This document shows, in pieces, positions 42,291-56,247 of a stretch of DNA of 64,000 bases. Source of the DNA: Octopus sinensis. Its lineage: Eukaryota. The stretch is from assembly GCF_006345805.1 (NCBI RefSeq), contig NC_042998.1:115630001-115694000 (forward strand). The letters are read 5' to 3'. Made by a program: the position numbers and the translations under genes. Numbering within the stretch: position 1 is the first letter of the stretch; each line of letters opens with the position of its first letter. Under the pieces are notes generated by a model. It ran no database searches, was not told where the DNA came from, and was given only the letters and a program-made list of their open reading frames with translations.

Positions 42291-43546
42291 CACGCATACT
42301 TAGGACACAACACATAATACTTCTGTCCACAAACTCATACCTACAGTGTAACATCATATATTACAGAAACGATAAACGTACTACAGACTGTGCCCCAAAC
42401 TACAAATTTAATATGTAAATTTCAATGTAAAGATGCATATTGTAAACTCCGTGACTCAAACCATTTTTACATCTAGCACAAATCCGATACTTTCTTGCCG
42501 GCTGATCATGTATTTTCTTCGCAAAACCTTTGCAACTTATAACAAGATTAAATTACATTAAAACTTCAGTTGACAGCGTTGAAGTTTCATACAAAATTCC
42601 TCCAAAATAATATGAATAACCTATCTTTAGTAATAAGAAAATATAAACCAGGATATATCACTTAGAGACATTGCAAATAAAATATTTCTTGATATCTCAC
42701 ATGACTTATACGTTGTATAAGTTTTCAATCCAGCGTTGGAGATTATATTGGATGCAAATATTCTCTTGAGTATTTGTGATATACAGCAAAAAGAGTAAAC
42801 TGTGTGCCATTATTTCCAAGGTTTCGTGATGAAGTTGAGCTGGGTCTTGAATTGTTAATGAGTTAATATATTTAGAAATAGCATTGTTCTACACTAAACA
42901 TGAAGGATTAATAAGGAAATAGAAAGAAGTAATAATAGAAAAAAATTAAACTCGAAGATCGCTTATGCGATAAATACATGATTGAATTGCGCACTAGCTC
43001 ACGCACACCCATTCCCCCACAAACACAAACACATACATATATGCACATCTATAGATACATGCGTGAGTATCTGTAAGTATGATGTATATACATGTGTGTG
43101 TGTGTGTAAATACACACACTATTACATATACGAACATCGTCGAGATCGACAGCGAATCCATTTATGCACATGTACATGTACGTATAAATATTCAGTTGAG
43201 ATAATGTCGCATATGCGTGTGCATATGTATACACACATACGTACAAACATGCAAACATACATACAGATATACTTATGTGTATGTGAAGAGAGATAGGGAG
43301 TGAGAGAGAGGAAGAAAGAGAGGCGGGTTTGAGAGAAAATGCGCGTAAAAAATAATAGCCAAGCTTTTAATATAAGGAGTTGAAGCCAGATATTATATGA
43401 TAAATTTAAATTATCAAATCTTGGTATTTCAGATATAGAAAAATGTAATATTTTGTATGTAAGAGAAGAAAAAAAAATGAAAAAAAAATGAAAAAAAATG
43501 AAAAAAGAAGAAAAAGAGACGAAAAGTGAAAAACATTGCGTGGTAC

Positions 43547-43630
43547 CTAAGAAATTTCGGCTTGTCTCTTCAACTGAAAGTTCAGTGGCACCAGCTGGTA
43601 ATTCAAACATTTCATTGTAACCATTGTTAT
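43547..43630 (-). CDS. ADAMTSL5: ADAMTSL5-like protein, exon C (start of ADAMTS spacer)
   Basis: cccttcag acceptor, gtacca donor; 84 nt, phase 1-1; (D)NNGYNEMFELPAGATELSVEETSRNFL matches spacer 'GY....IPAGAT.I.V.E...N.LAL'. Confidence 0.9.
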   Translation of the reverse strand: MTMVTMKCLNYQLVPLNFQLKRQAEIS

Positions 43631-44866
43631 CTGAAGGGTAAACGAGAAAGACATGAAAACGTCAGAAAATAAAGAAATACTAAATAACATATAGCTTAGG
43701 CTGATATGTATGCATAGTTGTATGTATGTATGTATGTATGTATGTATGTATGTATGTATGTATGTATATGTATATATATGTATATATATGTATATATATA
43801 TGTCTATATATGATATATGTGTTATGCATGTGTAGCGTGCGTGTGTGAGCATAATAGTATGATTACACAAACACACATGCACACACATATAGGTAGATAG
43901 ACAGACAGATAGATAAATAGATAGATAGATAACTAGATACACACATACATGCATACATACAAATATATAGATATAAATGTACAATATATATGTGTGTGTG
44001 TGTATACACACACGCGCACATGCCTCTACACGCACAAACACTCACATCCACACACCCACACACATTAACACACGCACACATGGAGACATACACACACGCA
44101 CACACACATACCTTATTTGGTAAGTACGTTGTGTTGACTACTTCATAGTAGTTGACTACTTCATATTAGGAGATATATTACTTGTGCTACGTAAGGTATG
44201 TTGTTAATGAATGCAGGTCTCACGATGGATTTCCTCTCCGGATGAAACTATTTCACTCAATGTACGTCACTAACGCTCTTGAGAAATGTGTGAATATCAC
44301 ATATTTCATTTCTATGTTCTCCATAGTAGGAGTTATAAATGGTCGACACCAGCGATTTAAATGATAGACGCCAGTCTTGAATAGTATAAAATAGATGTCA
44401 ACAGTAGACAAGCACTGTATAAAAACAGAGAAGCCGTATGACCTCAAGTGAGCCTCTAAATGCCAGAAATAGCAACCAAGTCTTCCGAACGTGACACCAT
44501 ACGGAAGTAATTAAATAATGTAGACTTAGATAAAGTATACATAACGCCAGGAAAAGAAATGAAAGGCATTCTGATTACAGGTTGAACACCTTTGATAAGA
44601 GATCTGCTTGATCAAAGCTAACTTGATCAACTACGACATTTAGCTAGTTGCTCTCCAGCGTAAAGTTTAATTAATTCTACTTCATTTACTTCGTTAGTAA
44701 TTCTGGCTCTGGTTCAAACACGGTCATTTCTCTTTTCCTCATCTCTCTAAAATATTGAGATTTATCAGTGAAACTCGTATCGATTTCGACGGTATGGGCT
44801 GAGGTTGATCGATAAATAGAACTACTTATTTGATTATCATGTAAGCGGATGAGCATTCCAGTGGCA

Positions 44867-45160
44867 GTGAGGGCGCGTGGCCAAGCGGTTTGGGTGTTGT
44901 ACTGACAATCGCATGTTCGTAGTTTTGATTCCTTGATCGGGTAGTGCGTTGTGATCTATGAGTAAGACACTTCATTTGACGTTGCTCATTTCGACAGCTG
45001 ATATGTGGTACACGTGTCCCTATTGAAACAACCTCAATTAAATGGAGACAGTGAAATAACGTATCGCACTAACGTTTGATGATTATAAACAAATGATCTG
45101 TCCAGGTTGTTCAGCAAGAAATTGCAGAACTGTCTTTCTCGGACTACGAGAGACGACCAT
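44867..45160 (+). mobile_element. tRNA-derived SINE
   Basis: gggcgcgtggccaagcggtt head and gagtaagacacttcattt block. Confidence 0.6.
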
Positions 45161-46382
45161 CATTCCACTGATATAGATACCCTTATCGTAATCATGAAAC
45201 AAGGTCAATGCAAATGGGGATAACAGTTGTAGTCCATCCGAATAATTTCAACATAGATTCTGTCCACCATGAATTATTCACTTTGCACAAGGTGAAGTGA
45301 AAATGGTATCAAAACCAGAAATTTGTCATAGCAAGCGAAATTATAAAACATTCGATTTTTTCTGTATTTTGTGAGTACATACACGCATACCTAAACACAC
45401 ATGTAAATGAAAAATTAAATTAATACATAAATTTTGTTTCTAATTCAGACAGAATTGGTATAAGATCTATTTAACGGGAAGCACCAAACTGACAGCGCCA
45501 TTAGCATCTCGAGTAGAGGCGGTTATTGTTCAACTTTCTGCACACTGAATTCAAATTTGGTCGAGGTCATCATCGTGTTTCACCCTTTCAGTGATAAATG
45601 ATTACCAATCCTGTATTGAAATTGATTCATTTTTATTTCTGTAGAGTACAAGTAATTCAAGGACCCAACCCCGTAGCTGAGTGTCACGTAGATTCGATCT
45701 GAAAATACTCAGCCATTTAAACCTTAATATTCCGAGTAAGAGTTCGGTTGTTCGACAAGAAACGTTCAATAATTCACTGGTAGTCATTATATCAAATCTG
45801 GACAAATGAGAGATGAAGACCACCAGAGTGACATCTGAATATAGATTGTAAAGGGTTGGTAGACTAAATATCATAAATGTTGTAATTCATTTATCCGGTG
45901 CTCTACAGCTTCTGCATATAACTGCCCCAGTACCTAACACACGTAAGGAACAACTATATATCATAGTCAGAATTATGCGTGAGTGGTCCATTATCAGAAT
46001 CATTAGAGCAGAGTAGAAATCTCTCGGGATTAGTGTTCCAGAATTTTGCGTTCTAAATTCAAGTACTGCCGCGGTCAGCTTCACCTTTAAACCTTCCGAG
46101 CTCAGAAGATAAAGGACTGAAATTCATTTGTGTTTTCTTTTCCTTTTCTTGTTGAATAGACCATGCTGCGCTGTGAAAACTTTTTAAAAACCAATCGCAG
46201 TAACAATCTTTAAGAAGTGGAAGAGACTTAAACAAGAATGTAGCAATCTCTTTTGATTTGCATCTATCAAAAACCGTCTAAAGAAACCACAGTAAATTAT
46301 TAGCGTGGACGGACTGATTTTGTTAACGGTACGTTACAGCTAATGATAATAAAAAAAGTATATGGATACATAAAGACCTTAC

Positions 46383-46512
46383 CATCTCGTGGAACTGGTA
46401 AACGTTCGGCATACCTTCCTTCAATTTTTCGGCAAGTGTCGTTTTGGCCACCACATATTCCACACATATCAACCTTTTGACGTGAGTTCAAATGGTTATC
46501 GCAGCCAACTTT
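46383..46512 (-). CDS. ADAMTSL5: ADAMTSL5-like protein, exon B (cysteine-rich module, second half)
   Basis: aacag acceptor, gtaagg donor; 130 nt = 43 codons + 1; KVGCDNHLNSRQKVDMCGICGGQNDTCRKIEGRY matches the ADAMTS 'VGCD...D.CG.CGG...C' motif. Confidence 0.93.
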
Positions 46513-47014
46513 CTGTTCGTGAATAAAGTTAAACAACTTTTAAAAGATCGTACTGAGAAAAAGAAAGATTTAATCTTGCTCATATTTTTTTTTTATTAAA
46601 AATCAATCATTCATTAAATACATAACACAAGACAAAAAAAATATTATAAAGTGTTCGATATTCTACTGATTCAGTAAGGATACCCTTATCCTTACTGAAG
46701 GAACTTTTATGTCGTAAATCAACTTGCAAATGATAGTAACCTGTTCGCACTCAAACAGTACTGAACCGTCTTTGAAACTGATCCGCTAAACAAAACACAA
46801 AAGACTTAAAGCTGCAAAATGTTTGATCATAGATTTGATAGATCATAGTTATGACTACAACAAACAACAAAAACAAATCTCTTCAGAAATACATTACAAA
46901 TGAACTTTTGTATAAATTCATTGAAGGTGAAGCGCCAACTTGTCTAAAGGTATAATACATACTAAAGCTATGATGTATTAACAATTAATTTTTCGAATTG
47001 TATTAATCGGGTAG

Positions 47015-47353
47015 TGAAAGCACATGGCTCAGTGGTTAGAGCATCGGCCTCACAATAACGAGGTACTGAATTCGATTACCAGACTCGACTGTCTGTTGTG
47101 CTCTGTTCTTGAGCAAGACACTATTTCACGTTGCTCCAGTTCACTCATCTGCAGAAATGAGTTGCGACGTCACAGGTGCAAACCTGTATCAGCCTTTGCC
47201 TTTCTCTTGGATAACATCGGTGGTGTGGAAAGGGGAGACTGGTATGCATGGGCGACTGCTGGTCTTTCATAAACAAACTTACCCGGACTTGTGCCTCGAA
47301 GGGTAACTTTCTAGGGGCACTCCCGTGGTCATTTATGACCGAAGAGGGTCTTT
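47015..47353 (+). mobile_element. tRNA-derived SINE, third family
   Basis: A box tggctcagtgg, cttgagcaagacact block, tail ...gaagggtaactttctagg...gaccgaag; inverted relative at 57985-58280. Confidence 0.78.
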
Positions 47354-47648
47354 TCCCAATAGAATACGACTAATATTCTCTTGGATATGACACGTTACTA
47401 TCATTTGTGGTTATTCGGACGGGAGCATGCTGAATACGTCATTGCGAAATAATTGAATTCCAGTCAATATATATAGGAACATGTATCTCGAAGTACATAA
47501 GGCTTAATGAACAGAAAAAGATTTTCAACGTAGTATTTACACGTTTATATTACAGTTTCAGTTGATTTGGAATCTACTGTACTAAAATATAAAAAAATGT
47601 TCAGGTACTCTAGAAAGTTTATAAATGCTTCTTATGGCATCAACAATC

Positions 47649-47680
<32 letters not shown>

Positions 47681-47704
47681 CGTGCGTGCGTGTGTGTGCG
47701 TGTG

Positions 47705-47736
<32 letters not shown>

Positions 47737-47740
<4 letters not shown>

Positions 47741-47991
47741 TGTGAAATAGAAAGATGAATAATCTTGTAGTAGATTAATCAAAAGTTTAACCGATACCTT
47801 AGTAGCAAAAATCACAGCAGCAAACAGCACGGTTGGAGGTACAACCATCTGGCGTTGCAACCGTGCGTTGGTGCGGATAATTGAAATTAAAACATTATTG
47901 GTGAATTGAAGAAATGGAGTTGAACGCAGATTGAACAGAAATCGTTTTATTAATCTGCGTTCAGCTCCATTTCTTCAATTCACCAATAATG

Positions 47992-47993
<2 letters not shown>
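47737..47993. mobile_element. Second, oppositely oriented copy of the 56.1-56.7 kb element with the hairpin interior deleted
   Basis: 47737-47950 is the reverse complement of ~56490-56702; residual 42-bp inverted arms at 47891-47932 and 47952-47993; (TA)n flanks. Confidence 0.8.
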
Positions 47994-48034
<41 letters not shown>

Positions 48035-48038
<4 letters not shown>

Positions 48039-48546
48039 TGATAAAAGCAACAGAAGATGGATATAATGCGGATCTTTATTCAGCATGACGATAATTTTGA
48101 CTGGTCTCTTTAATTTCTTATTGGTCTCTTTAATTTCCACCCATTCAATCATGATTTGATGTTTTAGATTTTCTAGTTCACCTAGGTCAATTTATATGTG
48201 ACTTTCTTCATCTATTTACATTTTCATCTGCCTTGATGTTTGTGGTTGATTCAGAGAATATTTAACTTTGCTTATTAGTTACATTGACTCTTTCTATCAT
48301 TACTGCATTTTCATCAGGCCTGGGTTGGTCTATAATTATTTCCTCTGTAGTATCTTCTTTAGCTGCAACTTCCTCCCTTTTATCCCGTACTGATTGTTTA
48401 ATTTGGTCAATCTGTAATTCAGTTTGTAATTTCTTTTTCATGTTTCTTCTGACATTGGCAAGTTTGCTACTATCTATGTAAGATCTTACTTCAGGGTGCA
48501 TCTCTCTTCATTTAGGTAGGTTTGTTCAGCATTAGATTTATTATTA

Positions 48547-48586
<40 letters not shown>

Positions 48587-48815
48587 GTAAGTAGATGAAG
48601 AAAGTCACATATAAATTGACCCAGCTGAACTAGAGAATTTAAAACATCAAATCATGATTGAATGACTGAAAATTAAAGAACCAGTATGAATGAGCATGAC
48701 ACCCTCCCAAAACATTGTTGTAAAATTCTGTTAGCAGTACATGACATCTCTAGGAAGACATTCAACCAGGTGTTAGGAATTTTATCCTTTCCTGGAGATT
48801 TATTATTAGTATTAT
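48035..48815 (-). mobile_element. R4/Dong-like LINE fragments around a (TTA)n tract
   Basis: HPEVRSYIDSSKLANVRRNM (R4/Dong N-terminal-like) and KSPGKDKIPNTWLN (pre-RT KSPG.D motif); partial inverted duplication. Confidence 0.6.
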
Positions 48816-48837
48816 TATTATCATCATTATTATCATT

Positions 48838-49740
48838 AACGCGGTGAGGTCGCAGAAGCTTTAGCACGTTGGGCCACATGCTTAGCGGCATTTCATCCGC
48901 CTTTACGTTCTGATTTCAAGTGCCGCCAAGTTCGACTTTACCTTTTATCCTTTCGGGGTCGATAAATTTAGTACCAGTGAAATTCTGGGGTTGATGCAAT
49001 CAACTAGTCCCCTCCTCCACGAAATTTCCAGCCTTGTGCCTATAGCCCATGAATTATTATTATTGATTTTGTATATCGACTTCTCGTAAATAATGTTGTA
49101 AGATTTATTCTGAAAACTACGCAGTTTAAGAGATAGACTTTATGATAGAAACATAATAGTATTTCTTTCTAATTTGAGTACAAGGTCAGCAACTTTAGAG
49201 TTAGTGGGTTAGTCGACTGCATCGACTCCCAGTACTTAGCTGGCTCTTTATTTTATCGACTCCGAAAGGATGACAGGCAAACTCGACCTTGGCGGTATTT
49301 GAACTCAGTACATGAGGAGCCGGAAGCAATGCTCCTAAGCCTTTTGTACGATATGCTAACGTTTCTCTCAACTCACTGAAATTTAATGAACTTAATAATA
49401 ATTATCTATACTAAGGCGGTGAGATGGCAGAATCGTTTTCGCGTTGAGGAAAATGCTTAGCAGCATTTCGTCCCTTTCTACGTTCTGAGTTCAAATTCCA
49501 CCGTGGTCAACTTTGCATTTCATCCTTTCGGCATAGATAAAATAACTATCAGCTGAGAACTTGGGTCAATGTAACCGTCGTATCTCCTCACCTAAAATCG
49601 CTGGCCTGGTGCCAAAATTTGAAATGAAATCAATAATAATTATTCCAACCAGAATTTTAACACAGAACGTAAAGCCGGAAGAAATGCCACTGAAACATTT
49701 TGAGCGGCGTGCTAACAACTCTGCCTTCTCACCGCCTTAA
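48838..49740. repeat. Cluster of ~200-bp short interspersed repeats in alternating orientation
   Basis: Copies at 48838-49042 (+), 49167-49376 (-), 49413-49624 (+), 49660-49740 (-, partial) share gcttagcggcattt...tcgacttt..cctttcggggtcgataa. Confidence 0.75.
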
Positions 49741-50508
49741 CTACATTAAATATATTAAAACTTTTTTTTTAACCTTGGAAAGAGCAAATCACAAAGACCC
49801 TACTTGATTGCTGGAGCTGTTAGAAATTATTGCTAAAGTTTCTTTAAACCACCACACTTTACTTCCTTAAATAATCGAAAAATCACATTAGGTAATGGAT
49901 TTCTAGATATTACCAAAAGAAACTTTGGAATGTTCACTGATGCATGGAATGCTTCTAATCATAAATCGGCACACTTACGAATGATTTGGCTTTAAATCAC
50001 AACAGCAACAACTGAAGAAATATAGAAGTTATTTTCAAATCTGAACGCAAGGAGAGAGGATATCTCTTTACGGGCAATCGTTTTATTCATTGTTCTGTCG
50101 TCATGTCGTCCATCGTTCTGCCGTATTTACTATGAGAAATGTAATAAAATTTCATAATTGTGTCGTGGGAGGGCCATTACACCAATGATAATAAATACAT
50201 GCACTGGTTCAAATTCAATATTTTATTGTTAGTCAATCAGTAAAATATTTAACCAACTAACTCATCGATAGTTTGTATAGTGTGTTGGTTAAAATATCAG
50301 TCGGTTGTTCATTTGTCTAAGTCCTATCGTCACTATTCATGACTTAATCAATGACACACCGTCTCTCTTCAATATCTACCTTGAGTTACTTTCCCTTTCT
50401 CTTCTCTCATATTTCTTCTGACTCTATTCATTTGACTTTTAGTCTTATTGACTCCTCCTTTATCATTTCATTCTAAAATTTCCAGATCCTAACCCTTCTC
50501 TTCCAATA

Positions 50509-51953
50509 TCTTTCTATCTATAAACGGCAACATATCTGTGTATCTGTGTGTTTGTGCAACTGTGTGTCCTTTATACAAATCCACAGTTTTTCACGTAAAA
50601 GGCTCGCATTTTCTATGGGCTTTCAAAACTGTCTGAGGGTTGTCGTGAAGATTTTTTCATTTCCCTAGTCACCCCAGAAAGCCATTAAGCGATGTCAATT
50701 AACAAATCGCAGGGACAGACACTCTCAGTCGCGAGAATACATCTGGGCGATCCCTGGTTTTCACACGGGCAACTTTATGTTGCCTGCTCTCGCGTTGGAA
50801 GTAGGAATGCCCTGTTTGTATATGCCCCTGGGGGTAAAACCCGCAATATTGTTTACAACGAGATTTTGGATAAGCATTTATAAATGCATTGGTATACCAA
50901 TGCTATCCTCAACGAAAACAATTCTCACCTTGTCAGATGTTTATTAAGTTAGGTTAAAGGACTAGGTCCCTTTTTGTGAAGGTTGTCGGTAAGTTTTGGT
51001 AAGTTTCGCTAATGCGGATTTCCAAAGCTACATTCTTCAGTGGTCCTTAATCCAATGCAGTCATCCTCCTCCGAAACAAACCCGCCATGCACATCTCCAC
51101 AGTCAATTTCCTCTACAGCCATGTCATTTAGAACCCCTAGGATGGGTTAGTGATAGATTGGGATTAGAAGCTGCCTATTAGAGCCTCCTGTTCCCCCTTC
51201 TGTAATGTTAGTCTAGGTTTTAGTTGAAGGCTTAGTTGTGTTCCGAACCTAACCTCCTCCGTTTCAGTGGATCGGGAGCCCAATTAGCCTTAGTTAATAT
51301 ACCTTAGTTAACCTTGATATCTTGAATGCTTCTATGCGTCATGAACTATTGACTTTACTGTGTGACTTGCTTCAATGCGTCATACTCATAAAATCACTTT
51401 CAATACTGCTTTTGTGCTCTAAATGCTCTGCTTTTTCGCCGGAATCAGCACTTTTCTTCCCACCATTGTTATTTACTCATAGGACGAGGGGGTTAGGCGA
51501 GGGGTTTGGTGTCAAAAGGGTTGGCATGTGCAACATGATCACCTCTGTCAGTCAAAGTCCCAGCCCATGCGTTCCCGTCGCGACACTGATTGCGCAGAAC
51601 TGGGTTGGGTGTGAAACCAAAACTCAACAAACGAGAAATTATGTGTATTTTCAAAAGCATGCTATTTTGCGGCCAAATTCAAGATTTTCGATTTCTTCTG
51701 CCTCCTTTTTTGTCCGACTAAGGACATGGGCTAATTTTCCATGATTATGCCGTTCCAGGTGTGAAAACTGAAGTGCAATGAATATTAATTACTCTCATAA
51801 AAAGCTCCAACTAGCTCATAAACAACAAAACTGGCCCGGGCTGAAATGTGATAAGAAACTTAGCCCTTGATTTCGTGAGAAATTTTTACTGCGACCCGGC
51901 AACGAGCAACAAGCACTAGCACTAGACCCGGCAACGACGGGTCATAGTGCTAG
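50509..51953 (+). mobile_element. Non-autonomous Helitron with PIF1-helicase C-terminal fragment
   Basis: A|TC start at 50509; MSINKSQGQTL...FSHGQLYVACSRV...TRNIVY at 50692-50883; 3' hairpin GACCCG-gcaacga-CGGGTC (51925-43) followed by CTAG|T at 51953; no TSD. Confidence 0.9.
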
Positions 51954-53059
51954 TCTCTTTATATTTCATGTTTCTCTTTCTCTTTTAAACTGTCCCTTTA
52001 TTCACTGCATATTATATCGTCCTCTTTTCTATTCCCTGTTTTATTCTCTGCATTACTGCCTTGTTTTTGCTTTTATTCTACTTTCCTTCTATTACCTTTT
52101 TTTATTATATATCCATTCTCTCTCTCTCTCTCCCACTTTTTCTCTTTCTCTCACGGGGATCCCTGCACATTTCCTGGTTCTCAAGTTATCGTACATCTAT
52201 AATTCTGTACTTAACTCGTCTCTGTTGCTATCCATCATTCTAAATATCATTCTCCCTACTTCTTTCTCTTATTACCATGTCAACTACTCGCTCAACTTTC
52301 ACTCGGTCATATTAACTCTAAAGCTTTCATTCCTTTTTCTACCATCACTCTTCATGTCAAAGGAAAGTACTTATCACATTTCATTCTCGTTCGTATAGAC
52401 ACATGTGTTCTAACCTCCGTGCGTCGTCTTTTTCCGTTTCATTCTAACTTACCCTAAAAATATCAAACCAATATTCACTGTAGTCATTTATCCCTCACAG
52501 TATTTTTTCTCTCTATTTTATCAGTACATTGGTTTTCTTCTCTTAATTTAAAAATATTTTCCAACCTACTTTGTTTCTCGAAGATGTATTGAAGCTTATA
52601 TAATTGGAAACATTAATAAACTATTAGTCTATTAGTTTATAGCAAACACACAACACACACGCACACACACACTCGCATACACATACACACACGCACACAC
52701 AAGAATTAGTTTAGCGCTTATTTTAATGCGATTTTCGAATTATACAAAGGATTCCATATACATTACATTCAATATAATTCGTTCAATTTCAAATGAAATT
52801 CTATCGAAAGCTCAATGTATCTCCTTATGTGAAAAAAGAGAAAAAATAGCGATATAAATGTATATGTATGTATATATCGATATGTATGTATGTATGTATG
52901 TACCTATGTATGTATGTACCTATGTATGTATGTGTATGTGTGAGCACAGGTGCGTCTTTGCGTGTGCGTGAGTGCTATACATATGTCTGTCTGTCTGTCT
53001 GTCTCTCTGTCTGTCTGTATGTATGTATGTATGTATGTATGTATGTATGTATGTATATG

Positions 53060-54035
53060 CAGGGTGTTCGGTGAAAATTTAGTGATTTTTTGTCTCCTTT
53101 TTCAGGAACAGCTTGATGTATTGGTGAATAGCCAATAGCGTTGGAGAGTATAAACATTAAAGTTGTAGTTGAGAGAAAGTTAGCTGACATGAAGTACTGG
53201 AAGATATAAAAAAAACTTTTTTCTGGGAAAACGTTATTTGTATCATGATGATTCGCACTCGGTGTGAAAATGCCGATATCATGACTACTGCTCAATGCTC
53301 TGTAAATGCCGCATTGGCTTAAGACGTGATATAGACAAATGTAACGGGGACTACGAAGCCATGGCATGCAGGAAGCGCTCTGACTGCGTCCGCACACCGG
53401 AGATGATCCAACAACTGTAGGGCAAGGTGATGGAAGTCGAGCAAAGGAATCCTGGCTTTGGAGATAGGGACAGCCGCTACGATCAAGCTGTCCTGAGTGA
53501 GGACCTTTGCTACCATTCGAACAAGAGGAGCAAGGGACAAATAATGATATTCTGGCAGACAGCGGCTAAAGAAAAATATTTGGTGAAAGCAAAGAAGCTT
53601 CTGAACAAGCTGAGGCATCCTCTGGACTCGAGGATGATCTGGTTCTTAGATGAAAAACTTCTGCCAGAACTATTTGCACAGTACGCAGAACTACAGGTAG
53701 CTTTTGAAATATAAACTAGATTATGGTTAGAAGATAACAGTTTATTCAAGGTAACTCCTCGACTTCCCATTACGGCCCCAACACATCTTTGGAACCTGGG
53801 GTATAGATTCCTTACTGTGTCCCTGGGAACATCTTCGTGTTGCAGGCAGAGCAGTTAGTGCCTTTCTCAAATGTATCCCGACACAGTAACCTATAGGATT
53901 ACACTCGGGGGAATAAGAAGGCCACAAATTAGGTTGGTGAAGTCGTAGAACTTCTCAGACAACTGTGTCTGACACTTTCCCGGTGTATGGAAAGGAACCG
54001 AAACCTGCTGCCCCACATATGGCCTTCCAGCAGTC
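53060..54035. mobile_element. Rearranged Tc1/mariner-superfamily transposon relic
   Basis: cagggtg TIR-like start; plus strand KAKKLLNKLRHP...IWFLDEK (first catalytic D); minus strand WPSYSPECNPIGY (WPPxSPDLNPLDY motif) at 53742-53930. Confidence 0.7.
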
Positions 54036-55017
54036 ATTTAGATGGTTTTGGTTTTAAAGGCTTAACCGGTTTCAGGGAATTTTCTGATTTTCAGAAGTTA
54101 AGTAAGATAGAAAGGGTTATGCAGCAACTGCCTTGCTTCTGACTGGAGATCGAACAATCTTATGTATTTTTGGAGAGAATATAGCTCAAAGTAGTATCTG
54201 TTTAGGAAACAATATGTTTGGCAGACAGGGGTCACGTAATTAAACTTAGAAAAGTTCACTCAATCATGTCAATCATAACCTTTTACACAAAACATTAACA
54301 TAACATTAACGCAGAGATATAGCGAGAAACTTACAAAGTTTATAAACCTAATCACGTTATCATTCAAATTGTGCCAACTAAATTGTATCCTAGACATATA
54401 TTAATTTTACCTATTCTCTCTATATAAACAAGAGAATTTTCGAACTACATTCAGAAGCAAGATAGCTGCAGCATAGTCTCAAGCCTTTCTATCTCACTTA
54501 ACTTTCTAAAATCACAATAAATCCGTGAAACAGGTTAAGAAGGCACTTAGTGTATTTTCAATTCCCTTTTGTACCTGTATGGAATAAAATGGCATTGTTT
54601 CCAATATATATATATTCAGACACAGTATGTCGTTAGCCAGCCAGGGAAGACGTCCCCCTGGGACTAAAGACAACACAAGCATCGTCCTTTATGGGACCGC
54701 TACATTTAGTTGGTAACTATACTTCATGATTTCGTGCTGCTACTGTTTAATTCTCGCTCAGAGATTTAAAATTGCTTATATATATAAAGTGCTGTGGTTT
54801 TACTGAGATCTCCCTTTTAGTAGAAAGAATAGCTATAACTCTTTGACTGCTATTTCTAAACTCGGTGTGTGGTGAGGCAAATCGTTGCTAAACCCTTAAT
54901 TACTTAGTATTACTTAAACTTTCCTCGAATGGGGCTTTTACATGCCGAAATCTACTTGGTGAAATTAATGATTATTCCAAATTAATTAATTTCACCCTAT
55001 ATTATTACTGATTTATA

Positions 55018-55159
<142 letters not shown>

Positions 55160-56058
55160 CTATATATATATATGTATGTAGGTAGATAGATACATAGATA
55201 GATAAGCTATGTATGTATGTATATAGGTAGGTAGGTAGGTAGATAAATATGTAGTATCTAGGTAGGTAAAAAATAATTAGATCAGTCAGAGCCTACAGGC
55301 CGAAGTTGATGTAGGTTTTCATGATGTATAAGGATCACACTTCCCATGCCACAGAACGGGATGCCAATCCGTCGCGGAGCTAAACTTCCGGTTGCTGCAC
55401 GTGCATATTTTCAGCTGCTTGGACTTGAGCAACGAGAAGGAATACCTTGCTTATGTACACAACGCGTCTCGAACCGGGATTCAAATCTACGACGCTTCCA
55501 AACCATTAAGCCACGCAAATCTCATATACGAAAAACGCAACGCAATAACAGGAAACACACGCAGTTTATGTCAACGACATTAGCTGTATACATTAGATCT
55601 GTATAAGTGAGGAAGGTAAAGTTTCACAAAACTATTTGCCTGGGGGAAAGAAAATCTCCCATGAGACGATGAACAAATTTATAATATTGATTCAATTTAC
55701 AATGCACTGGCAGAGGAAACACAAGTAGCGTTCAGAATCACACTCACATTTATTTAAAAATAGATAAGGTCTTTTCATAGCCTGTCAGCTTGCTAGAAAT
55801 AACAGCCCAAATATCCCACAATTGGCGCCTTAGTAATTTTTTTTCTTGTTTCAGTCATTAGACTGCGACCATGCTGGGGCACCAGCTTGGAGGATTTTAG
55901 TCAAACAAATCGACTCCAGGGCTTATTTTATAAAACCTGGTACTTATTCTATCGGTCTCTTTTGTCGAACCGCTAATTTACCTGTTGTCAAACGATGGTG
56001 GTGAATACACACACACATACGCACACACATATACATACACACACATATGCATGCATAC

Positions 56059-56106
<48 letters not shown>

Positions 56107-56159
56107 ATTGGTGAATTGAAGAAATGGAGCTGAACGCAGATTGAACAGAAATCGTTTTA

Positions 56160-56247
56160 TTTCATTCTACACGTGTTTCGAAAGGCACAAATTACAAAAT
56201 CCGATTGAATAATGGGACCATATTGTGTCTTTCTCTTCAGGAAGAAA
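56160..56247 (-). ncRNA. Type I hammerhead ribozyme motif, mirror copy on the host-gene strand
   Basis: Near-exact reverse complement of 56403-56490 with the core (tcttcag at 56234-40, tacacgtgtttc at 56168-79) intact. Confidence 0.78.
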
